A stretch of 29,406 nt of DNA from Gemmatales bacterium (GTDB lineage: Bacteria > Planctomycetota > Planctomycetia > Gemmatales > Gemmataceae): positions 1 to 29,406 of the forward strand of contig JBBSES010000001.1 in assembly GCA_038239465.1 (NCBI GenBank), read 5' to 3'. Below are positions 7,572-15,983 of the stretch, in pieces (the first letter of the stretch is position 1; the number at the start of each line of letters is the position of its first letter). The notes beneath the pieces were generated by a model that saw only the letters and a list, made by a program, of their open reading frames with translations, made no database searches and was not told the origin of the DNA. The position numbers and the translations under genes are program-made.

Positions 7572-10004
7572 CTAGGAATCGGCGCCCGCGGGCACCGGCG
7601 CCTCCGACTTCGGCAACTCGGCCGTTTGCCGGCCGCCGCCCATCGACGACAGCAGGTAAAGGCCGATGGCCAGCAGCATCAAATGCTGGAAACCGAGAAT
7701 CATGGACGTATTTTCCAGCAAGCCGCCGACCATGGCGCCGGCGATGTTAAAGCCGAACGCCCGATCCGCCGCCTCCGTCCGCGCGAACGACACGGCGAAG
7801 ACGACGCCCGCGAAGGCGATCGGCGCGAACACTAGCGAACAGGACAGGAGTATCTGCTGCAGGCGGTCCATGCCGAGGAAGAAGTCGAGCGGCACGAAGA
7901 CGTTCAGGGCCAGCGACGCCACCAGGCCGACGTAGTAGGGCCACAGCGTGCGCGGCTTCACCGTCAGCACGAAGAGGTTGGCGAGCAGGATCATCACCAG
8001 CACGGCCAAAAAGACAATGGAGTTGACCATCCAGGTGCTGCCGAAGAGCAGGGCCATATGCACCACGGCCTTGGTTTCGATGAGCATGAAGCCGGCGCCG
8101 AGAAAGAACATGCGCGCGTCCATCGCTCCGGGCCGTGCCCCCGCGCCGGAGCGCGGCAGGAAGCGATACAGCAGGTATATCGCCAGGCAGAGCATGACGA
8201 CCATGCCGCTCAGGCTGGGCCGCAGGGGAATCATCGGCTGTCGCAGGTAGAGAAACGGCCAGTCGTCGGTCGCCAGCCGCAGGTCTTCGTTGACGACGAC
8301 TTTGGAAGGCCGGAAGGGCGGATACCATTTCTGTTCGGCCCACGGAAGCTTTTGGTCTTTCGCGATCTCGGCCAAGGTACCGGAGTCCGTCGTGAAGCTG
8401 TTCATCGAGTCGGGCGTCAGGGCGCGATCGCTGCGCACGTGCGATTGCTTTCCCTCGGCGAAGCCGGCGCGAATGCGCTCGGCTCCCTCGCCGCCAATCA
8501 AAATGGTGAAGGTGTCCCAGCGATCGTCGGCCTGGATCTCATCTCGGTCGAACGGGAGCGTCAGAACCAGCGGCTCGGTTTTGAAGACTTCCTCGATCTG
8601 CCGCTGCAGCCGGGCGACGATCCAACCCTGGCGAAAATAGTTGTACATGACGAAGAGACCGCCCGGCTTAAGGTGGCGCTTGACGTCCTCCATCGCTTCC
8701 TTGGTGAACAGGTAGCTTTCCATGCGGATATTGCTGTAGCCGCTGTGCAAGACCAGGGAATCGACGAGCGCGAAGACGACGAGGTCGTACTTGCCCTCGG
8801 TCGAGCGCAGGAAATTGCGGCCGTCGTTGATGGTGACGTTGACCTTGTCGGTCTCGTCGTAGGGCTTGTCGGGATGGTCGCGCTTGCCGAGCGCCTGGAT
8901 GCGCGGATCGATCTCGACGGCGTCGATGCGAACTTCCGGGTCGCCCCACTGGATGGCCCGGCTGACGTCGTTGCCGGAGCCGGCGCCGATGATGAGTATG
9001 TCCTTGAATTTCTTGCCGCCGCTATCGCGGTTCCACAGGTGGGGCAAGGCGTAAGCGGGGTTGGGTTTCTGGCGCGACACCATCTGCTGGTGGCCAATCA
9101 GGTTGACTTCGATGAAATTGATCCGCGGATAATAGTCCAGGCGATAGTAAGGCGACCAGTAAAACTGGACCGGGCCATGACTTATGGTATCAGGCCGTTC
9201 GGCGTACCAGGCCGAAAGCGGGCCGGCGGCGAAGGTGTACCCCGACGTGAGCAGCACGAGCGCCAACATGCGTATCGCTGCCTGCCAGCCTTGCGGTCGA
9301 GGTCCAGAGGCATTGTTCAACAAAAAATAGCCCAGGCCAACGACGACCGGCAAAAACCAGGCAAGCGGCGGCAGCTGGAACCAGGAGACCGTGGCGAACA
9401 GGCTGATGCCGACGATGCTGCCGACGATGTCGATGGTGTAGGCTTCGATGCGGCCTGGCAGGCGCGTCAGGGCACGGCCCAATTCTTGTCCCGGCCCGAC
9501 CATGATCAGGGCGATCAAGACGAAGAAGCCGCCGCCGACCGCTTCGATGGGCACCAGCACGCTGTCCGGCGAGCGGGAAATGTGCTCGGTGCCGAAAAAG
9601 ACGAAGCCCGGATTTCGGTCCTGGCTGCTGATGTCCACGTGCTGGGACAGCTTGGCGTGCGCCGAACTGATGGCCAGGCTGAGGACCAGCCCGAGGAGGA
9701 GCAAATAGGGCGTATAAACGAGGTAGTTGCGCTTGCTGCCGGCGGCCAGGCAGCCGAGCGACATGCCCAGGAAGCAGGCGAGCAACACCGTATTGGTGAA
9801 GAAAGTGAGGAACAGGACGTGCGCCGGGAACCAGCGGATGCAGGCCAGTTCCAGAAAGAGAATCAGCAGGCTAATCAGAAAGAGGTCGCGGCGGGCACGT
9901 CCCGGCGTCACCGTCGCCGCGGGATCGACGATCGGATTACTTCCCCCATCTCCGGGGACATTTCCGGGTCCGTCGGGAATGGCCGGCACGATATCGTTGC
10001 TCAT
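7572..10004 (-). CDS. Membrane-anchored spermidine-synthase-like / class I SAM-binding protein
   Basis: Multi-TM N- and C-terminal regions (ILFLELACIRW; FFLGAGFMLIE) flank a Rossmann core with ILIIGAGSGNDV, AVEIDP, NDGRNFL, YDLVVF and ATDDWPFLYL. Confidence 0.8.
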   Translation of the reverse strand: MSNDIVPAIPDGPGNVPGDGGSNPIVDPAATVTPGRARRDLFLISLLILFLELACIRWFPAHVLFLTFFTNTVLLACFLGMSLGCLAAGSKRNYLVYTPYLLLLGLVLSLAISSAHAKLSQHVDISSQDRNPGFVFFGTEHISRSPDSVLVPIEAVGGGFFVLIALIMVGPGQELGRALTRLPGRIEAYTIDIVGSIVGISLFATVSWFQLPPLAWFLPVVVGLGYFLLNNASGPRPQGWQAAIRMLALVLLTSGYTFAAGPLSAWYAERPDTISHGPVQFYWSPYYRLDYYPRINFIEVNLIGHQQMVSRQKPNPAYALPHLWNRDSGGKKFKDILIIGAGSGNDVSRAIQWGDPEVRIDAVEIDPRIQALGKRDHPDKPYDETDKVNVTINDGRNFLRSTEGKYDLVVFALVDSLVLHSGYSNIRMESYLFTKEAMEDVKRHLKPGGLFVMYNYFRQGWIVARLQRQIEEVFKTEPLVLTLPFDRDEIQADDRWDTFTILIGGEGAERIRAGFAEGKQSHVRSDRALTPDSMNSFTTDSGTLAEIAKDQKLPWAEQKWYPPFRPSKVVVNEDLRLATDDWPFLYLRQPMIPLRPSLSGMVVMLCLAIYLLYRFLPRSGAGARPGAMDARMFFLGAGFMLIETKAVVHMALLFGSTWMVNSIVFLAVLVMILLANLFVLTVKPRTLWPYYVGLVASLALNVFVPLDFFLGMDRLQQILLSCSLVFAPIAFAGVVFAVSFARTEAADRAFGFNIAGAMVGGLLENTSMILGFQHLMLLAIGLYLLSSMGGGRQTAELPKSEAPVPAGADS

Positions 10005-10041
10005 CGGGGTGCTTCTCCCATATAGGTGAGGGCCGCGGCCA

Positions 10042-11301
10042 TTAGCCGGGAGCCTTGCATACTCGCAGCAGGAAAGTTGGATTCACCGCCTCGAAACGCA
10101 GGGTTTCGAGTTGTTCGGTGCCGCGCGACAGGTTGACCATCAACACCTCGACGCCGCCGGCCAGATGTTTTAAGGTAGCATACGTTGCGCTCAGGGTTTC
10201 GAGCGTGGCCACGTTGACGACGAGCCGGCCGCCGATCCGCAAGGCGGCGAAACCGGCCTCTAGCAGCCGCGCCACCTCGCGGCCGGTGCCGCCGACGAAA
10301 ATGGCGTCCGGCGCCGGCAAGTCGGCGAAGACGGCCGGCGCCGTGCCGTGCAGCGCTTTTATGTTGGTCACGCCGAAGCGGTCGGCGTTGGCCAGGATGA
10401 GTTGGTAATCGGCGGCGTCCATCTCGATGGCGTAAACCGTACCTGGCTCGGCAAGCAGGGCGGCTTCGATGGCCACCGAACCGCTGCCGGCGCCCACGTC
10501 CCAGACGACGCTGGCCGGCTGCACGTCGAGTTGCGCCAGCGCGATGGCGCGGACCTCCGCCTGCGTTACCAGGCCGCTCTTGGGCCGACTCTGGGCGAAG
10601 GTGTCGTCGGGGTTGCCGAAGCGGCGCAGCGCGCCGCGCGGCCGCGGCAGATCGGGACGCCCCGGCTTTCGCTTCAGGATCATGACGTTCAGCGGATCGA
10701 ACTCCATGTCCGCGATCTCGGCCAACTCCCCCTGCGTCACGCGTTCGTCGGGACCGCCGAGGTTCTCGCAGACATAAGCGCTGAAGTAATCCAGGCCGCG
10801 GGCCAACAGCGCCCGCGCGACGCCCGGCGGATCGTGGCGTTCGCTGGTGAACAGGCCAACCGTCTCGGCCGTGCGGATGCGATCCAGGACGGTTTCCAGC
10901 GGATGATTGTCGAGGTTGGTCAGGTACGCCTCTTCCCAGCTTTCCTTAATGCGCGCGAACGCCAGCTGCATGGAACTGACGTGCGGCAACACCTCGAAGC
11001 GTTCCTTGCCTAAACGATCGCACAGGTAGCGGGCCACGCCGTAGAACAGCGGATCGCCGCCAGCGACGATGACGATGCGTTGGCCTTTGCCGAGGCGCGT
11101 TTCCAGGAGACGGACGACTTCTTGCAGGTCGCCGCCAATACGGAGGCGTTCGGCCTGGACCTCGGGAAGTCGGCCGAGGGTATGGTCGGAGCCGAGGACC
11201 AGGTCGGCGGCTTCGAGCAGCGCGCGGCCGCGCGCCGTCAGGCCGGCCAGACCATCACCGCCGACGCCGAGTATGTAAATTTTGCGTTCGATCGCGCTCA
11301 C
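10042..11301 (-). CDS. cbiET: Precorrin-6Y/cobalt-precorrin-7 C5,15-methyltransferase (decarboxylating), CbiE-CbiT fusion
   Basis: IYILGVG.DG, VAGGDPLFYG, EVLPHVSSMQLAFA, T..EVRAIALAQL, VWDVGAGSGSV and PDAIFVGG. GTG start at 11301 with SD GAGGGA; the track's 11547 start is too long. Confidence 0.9.
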   Translation of the reverse strand: MSAIERKIYILGVGGDGLAGLTARGRALLEAADLVLGSDHTLGRLPEVQAERLRIGGDLQEVVRLLETRLGKGQRIVIVAGGDPLFYGVARYLCDRLGKERFEVLPHVSSMQLAFARIKESWEEAYLTNLDNHPLETVLDRIRTAETVGLFTSERHDPPGVARALLARGLDYFSAYVCENLGGPDERVTQGELAEIADMEFDPLNVMILKRKPGRPDLPRPRGALRRFGNPDDTFAQSRPKSGLVTQAEVRAIALAQLDVQPASVVWDVGAGSGSVAIEAALLAEPGTVYAIEMDAADYQLILANADRFGVTNIKALHGTAPAVFADLPAPDAIFVGGTGREVARLLEAGFAALRIGGRLVVNVATLETLSATYATLKHLAGGVEVLMVNLSRGTEQLETLRFEAVNPTFLLRVCKAPG

Positions 11302-11567
11302 GAATTCCCTCGATCCGACGTGGGAGAGTGGGATCGTCCTCGTACCGCCAACTAACGTAGAGGGGGATTCTATAGCGGCCGCGCGCGAATGGGTAACGTT
11401 TCTTGCCGCGGAAACGAATTGTCCCCGCCTTCGATCCTTCGGCTCGCCTTGACCGGCGCGGCCATTCGGCTTATCAGGGCGTCTGAGATGGCGCGCTCGC
11501 CGCCGTGCCTGGTTGCCCCCCTCCTGGTTCGAGCCTTCGCATGTCACTACCCGAGGTCGCCGGCCCC

Positions 11568-13304
11568 ATGTCCGAGGAAGTCAACCGAAGCCCCGCGCTG
11601 GACCAGGGGATTTCCGTCCATCCCGTGTCGATTCCGCGGCGGCAGCCGGGCCGCCTTCTGCCGACGCCGCGCGAGCCTTCGCCGTTGTCGCGGCAGCGCG
11701 GCATCTGGTTTTGGCGCACGGTCGCGGCCTTGCTCATCCTCGGGTCGGCCGGACTGCACTTGACTTACTTGACCACCGACAACCCCCTCGACCTCGCGCC
11801 CGACGAGGCCCACTACTGGGACTGGTCGCGGCACCTCGACTGGAGCTACTACAGCAAAGGTCCGCTGGTCGCTTATCTTATCCGCGGCAGCTGCGAGCTA
11901 TTCGGCGACATGGCGGTGTCCGCGACCGGCGACCTCATGCCCGCCGTGCGGTTGCCGGCCGTGCTCTGCGGCAGCCTCTTGCTTTTGGCGCTCTACATCC
12001 TGACCGTGCAGGTCCACGGCCGGGAAAGCCTGGCAGCGCTGGTCGTCTTGCTCGCCTTGACGCTTCCCCTGCTGGCGGCCGGCTCGACGCTTATGACGAT
12101 AGACGCCCCCTATACCTGCCTGTGGGCCTGGGCGCTGGTGTTGGGGCATCGCGCGATCTTCCGCGGTTCGATGGCCGCCTGGTGGCTCCTCGGATTCGTC
12201 GTCGGCCTGGGCATCCTCGCCAAGTACACCATGATTTTATGGTTCCCCTCGGTCGGTCTGTTCCTACTCACGTCGCCCCGCTATCGGCCCTTGCTCTTCC
12301 AACGCGGCTTCTGGATCATGACCGGCATCGCCGCTCTCTGCTGCTTGCCCATTTTCGTCTGGAATATGACGCACGGTTGGGTCAGCGTACGCCACGTCAA
12401 TGGCCTCGCCGGGGCGAGCGACTCGGGCATCAAGTGGCTGGGGCCAGTCGTTTACCTCGGAACGCAATGCGGCCTGTTGATGGTGTTCTGGTTCGTCGTC
12501 TGGCTGGCGGCGATGATCGCCCATCGGCCGACCGTGGAAATGAATCCCCACCTGCGCTACCTGTGGTGGCTGTCCGCTCTTACGTTCGCCGTGTTCCTGA
12601 TGTTCAGTCCCAAGACCGGCGGCGGCGAGGCCAACTGGCCGGCGGCGGCGTACCTCTCGGGCCTGGTGCTGGCCGTTGGCTGGATCACTCGCCAGCTGCA
12701 AACGCCGCATCCGTGGCTGTTCCGCTGGAATTGCGGCTCGCTGGCCGTGACCTGTTTGCTCGGCGTATCCGTAAGCGGTTTGATGCACTGCAGCGAATAT
12801 TTGTATCCATTGCTCGCGGCCGTCGCGGGGCCGCCGACCAGAGAACGGCCGTTCCCGTTACGCCAGTGCGATCCGACGTGCCGGCTGCGCGGCTGGCGCA
12901 CGCTCGCCGCCGAGGTGGACCGCATCCGTGCCGAACTCAAGGCCGAGGGCGTCGATCCCATTCTCGCCGGCACACTCTGGAACCTGCCCGGCGAACTCGG
13001 CTTCTACTGCGAGGGCCATCCGACCGTCTACTCCATCGGCTTGGCCCTGCGCGACCGCCGCAGCCAGTACGACTTCTGGAGGCCCAACCCCGTCTGGGAC
13101 GCGGAGCAATTTTTGGGACGCACTTTCGTCGTCGTCGGCGTCTTCACGCCCGAGGCGAAGGATGCGTTCGACGAGGTCGGCCCCGAGCGCGTCGTCTTCC
13201 ACTACGAAGGCGATCAGCCGGTCAATGCCTGGGGCGTAAGGATATGTCGCGGATTTAAGGGATTTCGGCCGGTGAGCGAGTTGTTGAGCAAGCAACGGTT
13301 TTGA
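11568..13304 (+). CDS. ArnT/GT39 (PMT-like) polyprenyl-phosphate-sugar-dependent glycosyltransferase
   Basis: LAPDEAHYWDWSRHLDWSYYSKGP, TIDAP, GLGILAKYT and NWPAAAY, with many TM helices. ATG 11541 is an alternative start. Confidence 0.85.
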   Translation: MSEEVNRSPALDQGISVHPVSIPRRQPGRLLPTPREPSPLSRQRGIWFWRTVAALLILGSAGLHLTYLTTDNPLDLAPDEAHYWDWSRHLDWSYYSKGPLVAYLIRGSCELFGDMAVSATGDLMPAVRLPAVLCGSLLLLALYILTVQVHGRESLAALVVLLALTLPLLAAGSTLMTIDAPYTCLWAWALVLGHRAIFRGSMAAWWLLGFVVGLGILAKYTMILWFPSVGLFLLTSPRYRPLLFQRGFWIMTGIAALCCLPIFVWNMTHGWVSVRHVNGLAGASDSGIKWLGPVVYLGTQCGLLMVFWFVVWLAAMIAHRPTVEMNPHLRYLWWLSALTFAVFLMFSPKTGGGEANWPAAAYLSGLVLAVGWITRQLQTPHPWLFRWNCGSLAVTCLLGVSVSGLMHCSEYLYPLLAAVAGPPTRERPFPLRQCDPTCRLRGWRTLAAEVDRIRAELKAEGVDPILAGTLWNLPGELGFYCEGHPTVYSIGLALRDRRSQYDFWRPNPVWDAEQFLGRTFVVVGVFTPEAKDAFDEVGPERVVFHYEGDQPVNAWGVRICRGFKGFRPVSELLSKQRF

Positions 13305-13396
13305 GGTGGGAGACGCCCACCTTGAAGCGGCGCGAGTTATCGCCTACCGCGCGGATAATGCGACGTTGTTTCGTTGCCCGCGCAGTTGGCAATAAA

Positions 13397-13405
13397 TGGT
13401 ATCAT
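13397..13405 (+). promoter_or_regulatory. Candidate extended -10 promoter of the antitoxin gene
   Basis: TGnTATCAT (TGGTATCAT) about 30 nt upstream of ATG 13438. Confidence 0.4.
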
Positions 13406-13437
13406 TCTCCCAGATGCTCATCTTTCGAGGAATTGCC

Positions 13438-13719
13438 ATGTCTTCTCGAACCAAATTTACCGACGCGAAGGGTCGCCTGTTGCTCCCGAGTGGATTCGCC
13501 AACGCCACGGTCCTTGTCGAGCGAATCAGCGATTCGGAGTTGCGCATTCGCAAGGCACGGGTAATCCCGGAAGACGAAGTAGTATTCGCCGAAGAAACTT
13601 CCACGCCGCTTTCCGACCGCGATCGCGATCGCTTTTTGAAGCTACTCGCTAAACCGCCTCGGCCTACTGCCGCACTGAAAAAGCTTCTGGCAGGGCGTAA
13701 GGCAAGATGTGAATTGTAA
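13438..13719 (+). CDS. Antitoxin-like protein: AbrB/MraZ-like N-terminus plus DUF1778 (TacA)-like C-terminus
   Basis: TDAKGRLLLP (D.KGR..LP, AbrB/MraZ-like) and LSDRDRDRFLKLLAKPPRPTAALKKLL (DUF1778-type tail). SD GAGG before ATG 13438. 93 aa. Confidence 0.75.
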   Translation: MSSRTKFTDAKGRLLLPSGFANATVLVERISDSELRIRKARVIPEDEVVFAEETSTPLSDRDRDRFLKLLAKPPRPTAALKKLLAGRKARCEL

Positions 13720-13736
13720 TTAATCGATAAGCAATA

Positions 13737-13789
13737 ACGAGCCGAAAGCGTAAGCGACGGAGGTTCCGTCGCTTACGCTTTCGGCTCGT
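13737..13789. repeat. Perfect 25-bp hairpin (REP-like; may act as bidirectional terminator)
   Basis: ACGAGCCGAAAGCGTAAGCGACGGA-ggt-TCCGTCGCTTACGCTTTCGGCTCGT between convergent genes. Confidence 0.9.
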
Positions 13790-13822
13790 GACAAACCGCT
13801 CGGGCTAAGCGTTGGAAATGTT

Positions 13823-14860
13823 TCACTTGCCCATGAGATGATCGATGATATACCGTTCCAGCCCCTCGTAATCGCGCTCCGCCCGGAACGACTCCACCTT
13901 GGCGACATCGAGCGCCCGAACGAGATCGACCATGCGGAGGAAGATTTCCTTGCTGTTGACGAGGTGCCGCGTCTGATCGCCCGCCTTGGTGGTGCGCATC
14001 GCCTTGACGTCGATGCCGATGGCGCCCTGATAGCCGCCGCGTTCCAGCACCCAAACGGTGTTGAAGGCGCGGCGCAGATCGACCGAGCCGAAGACCTTGT
14101 CCTGGTCGTATTTCAGCCCGTTTTGATCGTTGATGTGGACGCCCCAGAGCTTGCCGTGCCACAGGGCGTAAGCCATGTCGTCCGACGGATCGAGGCCGGC
14201 GAGGATCGAGTGGGCCGATTCGATGAGGACGCCGACGCGCGACGGCTCCGAGGCGCGATAGGTCAGGCCGAGGAAGTGGCCCGGCGTCGGCATGTAGGCC
14301 ATGTCGGTCGGTTCGTTGGGCTTCATCTCGCCGAGGATGCGGATGTTCTTGTCGTAGTCGAGCAGGGCGTTGACCGCGTCGAGGATGCGGCCGACGGCGC
14401 CGATGGGATCCTTGGCCTCGCGGATGTACGTGCCTTCGCGGGCCAGCCATAAGACCACGTCTTTGGTGCCGAGGACGTTGGCGATGTCGATGCACCGCTT
14501 GGAGCGCTCCAGGGCATACTTGCGGTCGGCGGCGCTGTTGGACGTATAGCCGCCGTCGATGGTCTTGGGATGCTCCCACAGACGTGGGGCGACAAACTCG
14601 GCGAACAGGCCCTCGTTGTCGAGGACTTTTTTCATCTTGGCGGCGGCCTTCTGAATGCTGGCCGGGTCGCCGTCGATCAGGTCGGGGGGCACGGCGTCGT
14701 CGTCGTGGAACTGGACGCCGTCGAAGCCGAGCTTCTTGTACTCGCGGATCTTGGCGGCGAGGGCCACCTCTTTCCGCACGGTCGGCCCAAACGGGTCGGC
14801 CCCCTGGCTGATGTTCCACGGGCCGAAGGTAAACTTGTACGACGTTTTCGCGGCAGCCAT
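13823..14860 (-). CDS. xylA: Xylose isomerase (class I-like TIM-barrel sugar isomerase)
   Basis: FTFGPWN, QFHDDD, WLAREG, EMKPNEP, ESAH, HINDQ and YDQD metal-binding motifs. Real start is ATG 14860. The track's 646-aa ORF includes 301 codons of non-coding read-through. Confidence 0.82.
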   Translation of the reverse strand: MAAAKTSYKFTFGPWNISQGADPFGPTVRKEVALAAKIREYKKLGFDGVQFHDDDAVPPDLIDGDPASIQKAAAKMKKVLDNEGLFAEFVAPRLWEHPKTIDGGYTSNSAADRKYALERSKRCIDIANVLGTKDVVLWLAREGTYIREAKDPIGAVGRILDAVNALLDYDKNIRILGEMKPNEPTDMAYMPTPGHFLGLTYRASEPSRVGVLIESAHSILAGLDPSDDMAYALWHGKLWGVHINDQNGLKYDQDKVFGSVDLRRAFNTVWVLERGGYQGAIGIDVKAMRTTKAGDQTRHLVNSKEIFLRMVDLVRALDVAKVESFRAERDYEGLERYIIDHLMGK

Positions 14861-14971
14861 CTCAAGTTTGCTCCAGGGAGAGTCGATAAGAACGAGTATT
14901 GTATTTCGGGAGACGACGAAGGCACCCCAGAGCGTGGAACTTATCTCCCTTCCCCCGATAGCGAGGACCGT

Positions 14972-15178
14972 GTGGCAGCGCCGGAAATCACCTGTGACAG
15001 TTGCGGCCGTAGTTGGCCCGTCAAGCGTCTCGTGTCGCTCTACGAACAGCAAGCCATCGAGTCGTGCCCTTGCCCCGCCTGCGGCGCCTGGACGCTGTGC
15101 GCCCTTTCCCCAGAGCCGACGCTGCCGTTCCGAAGGCCGCGGCGCGCGGCCGTCGAGCCGGGCAAACGGGCGGGATAG
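14972..15178 (+). CDS. Small Cys-rich zinc-ribbon-like protein (68 aa), not called as such in the track
   Basis: GAGGA 4 nt before GTG 14972. Translation MAAPEITCDSCGRSWPVKRLVSLYEQQAIESCPCPACGAWTLC... fills an otherwise empty intergenic gap. Confidence 0.65.
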   Translation: MAAPEITCDSCGRSWPVKRLVSLYEQQAIESCPCPACGAWTLCALSPEPTLPFRRPRRAAVEPGKRAG

Positions 15179-15286
15179 CCGACCGGTTGCGAAGGTTGGC
15201 GAACGTTTCACGCGACAGCTTCTCCCATACAATAGCGGCCAGAGACGTGCCCTTTGCCCGTCCACACCTTTCGTGAGAGGGCGAGC

Positions 15287-15895
15287 GTGGATACCGTACC
15301 CCGCGCGATGTTCGAGTCGATTTATCGAGGGCAAGCGCCGTGGGACGTCGGTCGGCCGCAACCGGCTTTCCTGGCCGTCGCCGATCGGGTCGCCGGCTCG
15401 GTCCTGGACGCTGGCTGCGGCACCGGCGATCACGCGATTTACTTCGCTCGCCACGGCCGGCGCGTCGTCGGCATCGACTTCGTCGAGGAGGCCATCGCTC
15501 GCGCCACGCGCAAGGCCGAGGGGCAAAATCTGCCCGTCACGTTCCTCGTGAAGGATGCCCTCACCTTGAACGATTGGGACGAACGCTTCGATACGGCGCT
15601 CGATTCCGGCCTGTTTCACGTCTTCTCCGACGCGGATCGGCAACGCTACGTCGAAGGATTGGCGGCCGTCGTCAAACCGGGCGGCTCGCTTTTCCTCCTC
15701 TGTTTTAGCGACGAAGAGCCGGGCACCCAGGGGCCGCGGCGCATCACGAAGCCTGAATTGCACGAAGCCTTCGCCCAGGGCTGGACCATCGAGGCGATCC
15801 AGGCGTCGCGCTATGAGGTGGTTCCCAACCTGAAGGACTTCACCTTCAGCGAGGGCGGCCCGAAGGCCTGGTTCGCCACGATTCGCCGCGTTTGA
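15287..15895 (+). CDS. Class I SAM-dependent methyltransferase (TPMT/Methyltransf_25-like)
   Basis: APWDVGRPQPA, VLDAGCGTG, VVGIDF and FDTALDSGLFH. GTG 15287 with purine-rich SD; TACAAT at 15228-15233 upstream. Confidence 0.88.
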   Translation: MDTVPRAMFESIYRGQAPWDVGRPQPAFLAVADRVAGSVLDAGCGTGDHAIYFARHGRRVVGIDFVEEAIARATRKAEGQNLPVTFLVKDALTLNDWDERFDTALDSGLFHVFSDADRQRYVEGLAAVVKPGGSLFLLCFSDEEPGTQGPRRITKPELHEAFAQGWTIEAIQASRYEVVPNLKDFTFSEGGPKAWFATIRRV

Positions 15896-15983
15896 CGGCG
15901 TCCCGCCATTGCCTTATCGATCTCGTCAATAGTGTGAACCATGAGGAGGTATCCGACCACACCCACGCGGAAGGAGGGCGGGC

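Noticed and set aside
8058-10025. 655-aa plus-strand ORF, and other long antisense ORFs (6579-7835, 3323-4249, 13773-14819, 15941-17611, 11513-13258)
   Set aside because: Shadow or alternate frames of well-supported genes in high-GC DNA, with no recognisable motifs.
11302-11500. Possible cobalamin riboswitch upstream of cbiET; weak hairpin near 11391-11426
   Set aside because: No B12-box or GGGAA/GCCACTG core, and the hairpin is short and imperfect.
14861-15763. Apparent 301-aa N-terminal extension making a 646-aa xylose isomerase fusion
   Set aside because: It is the antisense of the methyltransferase and the small Cys-rich gene. The isomerase fold begins at ATG 14860.
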